From Candidatus Multivoradales bacterium (GTDB lineage: Bacteria > Acidobacteriota > Thermoanaerobaculia > Multivoradales > JAHEKO01), in the NCBI GenBank assembly GCA_965223855.1, contig CBDCXM010000008.1, forward strand, positions 576,001 to 640,000: a stretch of DNA of 64,000 nt, read 5' to 3'. Below, one piece after another: positions 58,926 to 64,000 of the stretch. Both the position numbers and the translations under genes were made by a program. Position 1 is the first letter of the stretch, and each line of letters begins with the position of its first letter. Under the pieces are notes generated by a model that was not told where the DNA came from, did not search any database, and saw only the letters and a program-made list of their open reading frames with translations.

Positions 58926-60647
58926 ATGGTCGATAACCTCGACAAGCAGACAGAGGACCGTGAAGTCGGCGAGCCGCCTCGCAACGCCGATCGTCTCGAC
59001 TCATGGAGCGAGATCGCGGCCTACCTCGACCGGCGGGTCAGGACCGTGCAGCGCTGGGAGCAGCACGAGGGGTTGCCGGTGCATCGCCACCAGCACCGCG
59101 CGCGGGCGACCGTCTACGCTTTCCGATCGGAGATCGACGCCTGGCTCGAAGCAAGGCAACCGCCGGCGCGCCCCCGGGAGGCCGCTGCGCAAAGAGCGAA
59201 GTGGCTCGTCCTTTCCGCGGTGCTTCTGATCGCCGTCTTCTGGTTTGCGAGCCGCCGCATCTCGGACACCCCAATAGTCGAGGAGTCCGCCCAGGAGCTC
59301 GGGCCGCTCATCGTCCTGCCGGTGGCCAACGCCTCCGACGACCCCGCTCTGGACGCCGTCTGCGAAGCACTCACCGACGAGGTCAACCATCAGTTGGCGA
59401 TCCTCGACACCGACCGCCTCGCGGTCCTCTCTCGAACCTCGGCCCTATCGTTCGCCGGCTCCGGCCTGACGATCCGACAGATCGCAGAAGCCTCAGGATC
59501 AGGGCTGGCTCTCGAGTCGAGCCTGCGGCGGGAGAAAGAGGGCCTGCGTGCGATCTTCCAGCTGATCGACGTAAGTTCCGACTCCCATCGGATGTCGATC
59601 GCCGCCGTCGCGACGCCCGACGATGATGCACCTTTCGTCCGCACTCTGGCGCTCGCTGCGGCGAAGGCGGTAGCGGAGGAACTCGGCATTCCCGTCCCGG
59701 GCTACGCACAACCGCCCATCTCCACCGACGCCTTCGATGCCTTCGCCAGGGGGCGCCGACTGTTCGACACCCAGCAGGCTGCCAACCTCGAGCTCGCGAA
59801 GGTCGAGTTCGAGCGGGCCGCCGAGCTGCAGCCGGACTGGGCCGAACCTCTGGCATGGAAGGCGATGACTCTCGTCTCCGGCAGCGGGGGCCTCGCTGAT
59901 CCCGAGCAGATCAGGGAGTCCGCCCGTCGAGCCCTCGAGCTCGACCCGCACTCTCCCCTTCCCAATGTGGCACTGGCGCTCGCCGCCTACTACCACGACT
60001 TCGACTGGAACGAAGCCTACCGACGGTTCGAACTCGCCGAGCCGAGCGCCCGGAACTTTCCGCTCTACTACGTGTCGCGAGCCACATTCTCGAGCGCCAT
60101 GGCCCGGCACGAAGAGGCGGTCGAGCTTGCGGAGCACGCCTTCGGGCTCGACCCGAAGTCGAGCCTCGTGGCCGCCTACCTCGGAATGGTCTACAACAAC
60201 GCCAGGCTCTGGGAGGAAGCCGACTGGGCCTTCTCCCAGGCGTCGGGCCTCTCGACGGAGGCTCCCGAGCTCGTCTTTCAGCTCTGGTCGTTCGAGAATC
60301 GAGGGAATCTGGAGGCCGCGGTCGCATGGCGCGAAGCGAACGGCTGGGAGCAAGAGGCACGCGTCCTCGGAGACGCGTTCCGCGACGAGGGTCCGGTCGG
60401 CTACTGGCGCGCCTACCTGGAGCTGTTGGAAGACCCGTTCCGAGCCCCGAACGCCCGCCGTGCGGTTGCCTTCACCCAACTCGGAGACTTCGACACCGCC
60501 TTCACCATCCTCGAGGGCGCCCTCGAGAACCGTAACCCGACCATCAGTTTCCTCGACGCCTATCCCCTCCTCGAGCCGCTGAGAGCCGACCCGAGGTACG
60601 ACGAGCTACGAGACCGTCTGGAACTCCCCTGGTCACCGCCGGACTGA
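58926..60647 (+). CDS. Membrane-anchored regulator-like protein (N-terminal HTH + TM + TolB-like + TPR)
   Basis: 'LDSWSEIAAYL...VRTVQRWE...GLPVHR....VYA..SEIDAW'; TM helix; 'IVLPVAN'; 'ALELDP' TPRs; 'LRADPRY'. Confidence 0.85.
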   Translation: MVDNLDKQTEDREVGEPPRNADRLDSWSEIAAYLDRRVRTVQRWEQHEGLPVHRHQHRARATVYAFRSEIDAWLEARQPPARPREAAAQRAKWLVLSAVLLIAVFWFASRRISDTPIVEESAQELGPLIVLPVANASDDPALDAVCEALTDEVNHQLAILDTDRLAVLSRTSALSFAGSGLTIRQIAEASGSGLALESSLRREKEGLRAIFQLIDVSSDSHRMSIAAVATPDDDAPFVRTLALAAAKAVAEELGIPVPGYAQPPISTDAFDAFARGRRLFDTQQAANLELAKVEFERAAELQPDWAEPLAWKAMTLVSGSGGLADPEQIRESARRALELDPHSPLPNVALALAAYYHDFDWNEAYRRFELAEPSARNFPLYYVSRATFSSAMARHEEAVELAEHAFGLDPKSSLVAAYLGMVYNNARLWEEADWAFSQASGLSTEAPELVFQLWSFENRGNLEAAVAWREANGWEQEARVLGDAFRDEGPVGYWRAYLELLEDPFRAPNARRAVAFTQLGDFDTAFTILEGALENRNPTISFLDAYPLLEPLRADPRYDELRDRLELPWSPPD

Positions 60648-60690
60648 CGCTAGCCGGTGGTAGGGTCTCGACCACGTCGCGGCCGAACGA

Positions 60691-61485
60691 ATGAGAACCT
60701 ACCTCGACCTGATCCAGCGCATCCTCGACGAAGGGGTCGAGCAGGACGACCGCACCGGCACCGGCACTCTGGCCGTCTTCGGCCACCAGTCGCGCTACGA
60801 CCTGGCCGACGGGTTCCCGCTGCTGACGACCAAGAAACTGCACCTGCGCTCGATTCTCCATGAGCTGCTCTGGTTCCTGTCGGGCGACACCAACATCGGC
60901 TACCTCAAGGAGAACAAGGTCCGGATCTGGGACGAATGGGCGGACGAAAACGGCGATCTCGGCCCCGTCTACGGCAGCCAGTGGCGGTCGTGGCAGGGCG
61001 CGGACGGCCGGACGCACGACCAGATCCGCCAGGTCGTCGATGCGATCCGCGAAGACCCGGCCTCGCGCCGCCACATCGTCTCGGCCTGGAACGTCGGCGA
61101 GCTCGAACGGATGGCGCTGCCGCCGTGCCACACCCTCTTCCAGTTCCAGGTCGCCGGCGGCCGGTTGTCGTGCCAGCTCTACCAGCGCAGCGCCGACGTC
61201 TTCCTCGGCGTGCCGTTCAACATCGCCTCGTACGCCCTGCTGACCCTGATGATGGCGCAGGTGTGCGACCTCGAACCGGGCGACTTCGTCCACACTCTCG
61301 GCGACGCCCATCTCTACAGCAACCACCTCGATCAGGCTCACGAGCAGCTCGCCAGGGAGCCGCGACCGCTTCCGACCATGCGGCTCGACCCTGGCGTGCG
61401 ATCCCTGTTCGATTTCCGCTACGAGCACTTCACCCTCGAGGGGTACGACCCGCACCCGCACATCAGGGCGGAAGTGTCCGTTTGA
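60691..61485 (+). CDS. thyA: Thymidylate synthase
   Basis: 'DRTGTGT', 'FPLLTTKK', 'LGPVYG.QWR', 'MALPPCH', '[18 protein letters not shown]'. Confidence 0.98.
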   Translation: MRTYLDLIQRILDEGVEQDDRTGTGTLAVFGHQSRYDLADGFPLLTTKKLHLRSILHELLWFLSGDTNIGYLKENKVRIWDEWADENGDLGPVYGSQWRSWQGADGRTHDQIRQVVDAIREDPASRRHIVSAWNVGELERMALPPCHTLFQFQVAGGRLSCQLYQRSADVFLGVPFNIASYALLTLMMAQVCDLEPGDFVHTLGDAHLYSNHLDQAHEQLAREPRPLPTMRLDPGVRSLFDFRYEHFTLEGYDPHPHIRAEVSV

Positions 61486-61994
61486 AGGTCACGCTGATCG
61501 TCGCGGTGGCGCACGGCGGCGTCATGGGCCGCGACGGCTCCCTGCCGTGGCACCTGCCGGCGGACCTGGCCCGCTTCCGACGGCTGACGATGGGCCACCA
61601 CCTGCTCGTCGGCCGCCTGACCTGGGAGTCGATCGGCAAGCCGCTGCCGGGCCGCCGGATGATCGTGCTCTCGAGATCGGATCTCGAACTGCCGGAGGGA
61701 GTCGTGCGAGTCGGCTCGATCGAGGAAGCCGTGGAGTTGGCCCGGGCCGCAGGGGAGGAGGAGCTGTTCGTCGCCGGCGGCGCCCAGGTCTACGCGCTGG
61801 CGCTGCCGCTCGCCGACACTCTTCACTGGACCGCCGTCGAGGCCGACGTCGACGGCGACGTCGTCTTCCCCGAGTGGGATCGCAGCGCCTGGGAGCTGGT
61901 GAGTCGCGAGGAGGGGACGACCGACGAGCGCAACGCGCTCCCTCACGCCTTCCTCGAGTACCGGCGCCGGGAGGGCGAACTCCAGGCGGGTTGA
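61482..61994 (+). CDS. folA: Dihydrofolate reductase
   Basis: '[16 protein letters not shown]', '[15 protein letters not shown]', 'VAGGAQVY', 'GDVVFP'. TTGA overlap with thyA. Confidence 0.96.
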   Translation: MKVTLIVAVAHGGVMGRDGSLPWHLPADLARFRRLTMGHHLLVGRLTWESIGKPLPGRRMIVLSRSDLELPEGVVRVGSIEEAVELARAAGEEELFVAGGAQVYALALPLADTLHWTAVEADVDGDVVFPEWDRSAWELVSREEGTTDERNALPHAFLEYRRREGELQAG

Positions 61995-62001
61995 GGACTC
62001 T

Positions 62002-62709
62002 CTAGGCTCTCGCCACCGCGCGCCGGGTCGCGGCGCCTCGCAACCCCCAGGAGAGCGTGTGCATGCTGTCGGCAGCGAGGCTCTCGTAGCCGAGGGTCCG
62101 CACGGCGCGCATCGGAATCCGGTCGCCGTCGCGCCACTCGATCGACAGATCGACCGGGTTGCGGTCGGCCAGCGCGTCGATGGCGGCCGCCGGCTGGGCG
62201 AGCGAGCGCTCGCCCGCGATCCGGTGCGACCACTCCGCCAGCACCCATTCGCGCACCTCGTCGAAGGCTCTGAGCGGTACCGGCCCGCTTGCGACCAGCA
62301 CCCTCAGCCGATCGCGCTTGAGCATCTCCTCGAGAGAGGCGCGCAGCGCGTCTCCCAGGGTCGCGCTCCAGGCGGCCCGGCGACCGACGCGCACGGTGTT
62401 GCGCAATTCGGCGACGACCGCCGCAGCAGCCTGCGCCTTGACGGTCATGCCGCACAGCCGCCCCCAGTGCACCACCTCGGCGGCGGCGACGGCCCGTGCC
62501 AGCTCGACGCCGACCGGTTGCCGGCCGTAGATCTCAGCCACGTGGCGACTCGAGCGCGAGGTCATGCCGCGATCGAGGACGGTGACGCCGGCAGAGCTGC
62601 GGATCCAGGCGAAGAAGGGTCCGCTGTTCCACGACATCGGCACCACTCTCCTGGTCGGCATCATCGCCTGGATGCCGGCGAGGTCGCGCTCGCGAGCGCT
62701 GATCTGCAT
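62002..62709 (-). CDS. Hypothetical protein (start uncertain)
   Basis: Best gap-filling ORF with plausible amino-acid composition; no motif recognised. Confidence 0.45.
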   Translation of the reverse strand: MQISARERDLAGIQAMMPTRRVVPMSWNSGPFFAWIRSSAGVTVLDRGMTSRSSRHVAEIYGRQPVGVELARAVAAAEVVHWGRLCGMTVKAQAAAAVVAELRNTVRVGRRAAWSATLGDALRASLEEMLKRDRLRVLVASGPVPLRAFDEVREWVLAEWSHRIAGERSLAQPAAAIDALADRNPVDLSIEWRDGDRIPMRAVRTLGYESLAADSMHTLSWGLRGAATRRAVARA

Positions 62710-63113
62710 CGCCACCGGACGGCAACGGCGCTGGCCGTCCCCGGCTTCCAGGCCGTTCTCCAGGCCGCCGCGATCGGCGAGTCCCGTGAGTCTGAGAGCC
62801 GGCTGAGTGGCGTCGACGTAGACCCTTCCCGGCTCGAAGACATCCTCGTAGACACGATGCTCCGAGTACTGCGCCGTCGATGGAATGCGCACCATCTGAG
62901 GTGACGTACCGACCTTGGCTCCCAAACCGACCTCCCCCTGTGACCGCTCGCCCGTGAGCGGGGTTACCATCTCTTGAGTACAGGCTCGGGCGGAGGCGAT
63001 TTGTTACCGCAGGCCGGGGACGCGGACATGTCCGGGATCGTCAGACGCACCAACCGACCGCGGCTTCGGCCACGACCTTGCGGGGAGAGCGGCAGGGGAG
63101 GCAGACTGCGACG

Positions 63114-64000
63114 GTGACGATCGGCAAGCTGGAGGCAACCATCCCGAAGTTCACCCTCGGCCCGATCGCCCTCGCAGCGTCGCTTGCGATCGCGTCCTGC
63201 ACCGGCGGGGACGACCGGCCCGACCGCGCCTGCCCCGGCGGCCTCGCCCTGGTCGGAGTTTCGGTGATCGACGGGTACGGGGGTGCGCCTGCGCCCGGGC
63301 AGACGGTGGTGGTCTGCAACGGCAGGATCGCAGCGCTCGGCCCCGAGGGAGAGGTCGACGTCCCTCGCGGCGCCAACCGGGCCGAGCTTCGAGGGCGGTT
63401 CGTGCTGCCGGGCTTCGTCGACACCCATGCCCACGTGACGGTGCTGGAGCCGACCGGTGACGGGCTCGCCTACCGTCCGGACGCCTCGGCTCAGGCGCTA
63501 AAGGTCCTGCTCGCCTTCGGCGTCACGACGGTTCGGAACCCCGCCGCGCCGACCGACGAGGGGGTCTCCCTACGCGAGGCCGTCGCCGCAGGCGAGATCC
63601 TCGGCCCGCGGATCCTCACCGCCGGAGCGGCTCTCGACCGATCGCAGAGCCTCTACGGCCCGTTCGTCGCCACCCCGACTCCGGAGGAGGCGCGGGCGGA
63701 GGTCGCCGGGCAGGCGGCTGCGGGCGTCGACATGGTCAAGCTCTACGCGGCCCTCGAGCCCGACGTCGTCGCGGCCGCCGTCGAGGCGGCGGACGAGCAC
63801 GGGCTTCCCGTCGTCGGGCACCTGCAACGCACGAGCTGGTCCGAGGCGGTGCGTCTCGGCGTCACCCGCCTCACCCACGCCGCCTCGTGGTCGGTGGACG
63901 CCCTCCCCCCTGCCGTGCGCCTGAGCTACCGCGGAACGATGAAAGACCGGATCCGGTGGCTCGAGTCGATCGATCTCGAAGGGGAAGAGGTCGGCGAGCT
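63114..64000 (+). CDS. Amidohydrolase family lipoprotein, 3' end outside the window
   Basis: Translated by hand (absent from the ORF track): 'IASC' lipobox, 'VIDG', 'VLPGFVDTHAH', 'GVTTVRN', 'GPRI', 'GVDMVKLY'. Confidence 0.88.
   Translation, partial: MTIGKLEATIPKFTLGPIALAASLAIASCTGGDDRPDRACPGGLALVGVSVIDGYGGAPAPGQTVVVCNGRIAALGPEGEVDVPRGANRAELRGRFVLPGFVDTHAHVTVLEPTGDGLAYRPDASAQALKVLLAFGVTTVRNPAAPTDEGVSLREAVAAGEILGPRILTAGAALDRSQSLYGPFVATPTPEEARAEVAGQAAAGVDMVKLYAALEPDVVAAAVEAADEHGLPVVGHLQRTSWSEAVRLGVTRLTHAASWSVDALPPAVRLSYRGTMKDRIRWLESIDLEGEEVGE

Overview
High-GC (roughly 68-70% by eye), gene-dense bacterial chromosomal window with about 52 supportable CDS. I found no rRNA, tRNA, CRISPR array, prophage or transposase. 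The gene content (VWA/TPR pairs, HTH-TolB-TPR regulator, DUF4097 proteins, C-terminal 'FADGFESGDTSAWS' tail) suggests Acidobacteriota, possibly Thermoanaerobaculia; this is an inference. Housekeeping genes are ligA, a glpD-like dehydrogenase, msrB, a 7Fe ferredoxin and thyA-folA. Most notable observations: (1) a MamK-like actin with no magnetosome genes nearby, tightly packed between a membrane-anchored N-acetylmuramoyl-L-alanine amidase and ligA; (2) a divergent cluster of exported redox proteins (multicopper oxidase lipoprotein, large mono-heme c protein, Tat flavin amine oxidase) next to a TonB-dependent receptor; (3) a stand-alone structured RNA with a 14-codon ORF whose strong Shine-Dalgarno can be sequestered by 5'-3' pairing; (4) a ~185-200 bp MITE-like repeat family with CTAG ends overlapping stop codons; (5) two membrane-anchored one-component regulators with visible candidate operators; (6) ECF-type promoters shared by both DUF4097 genes. 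All family assignments come from motif recognition by eye, not from database searches.
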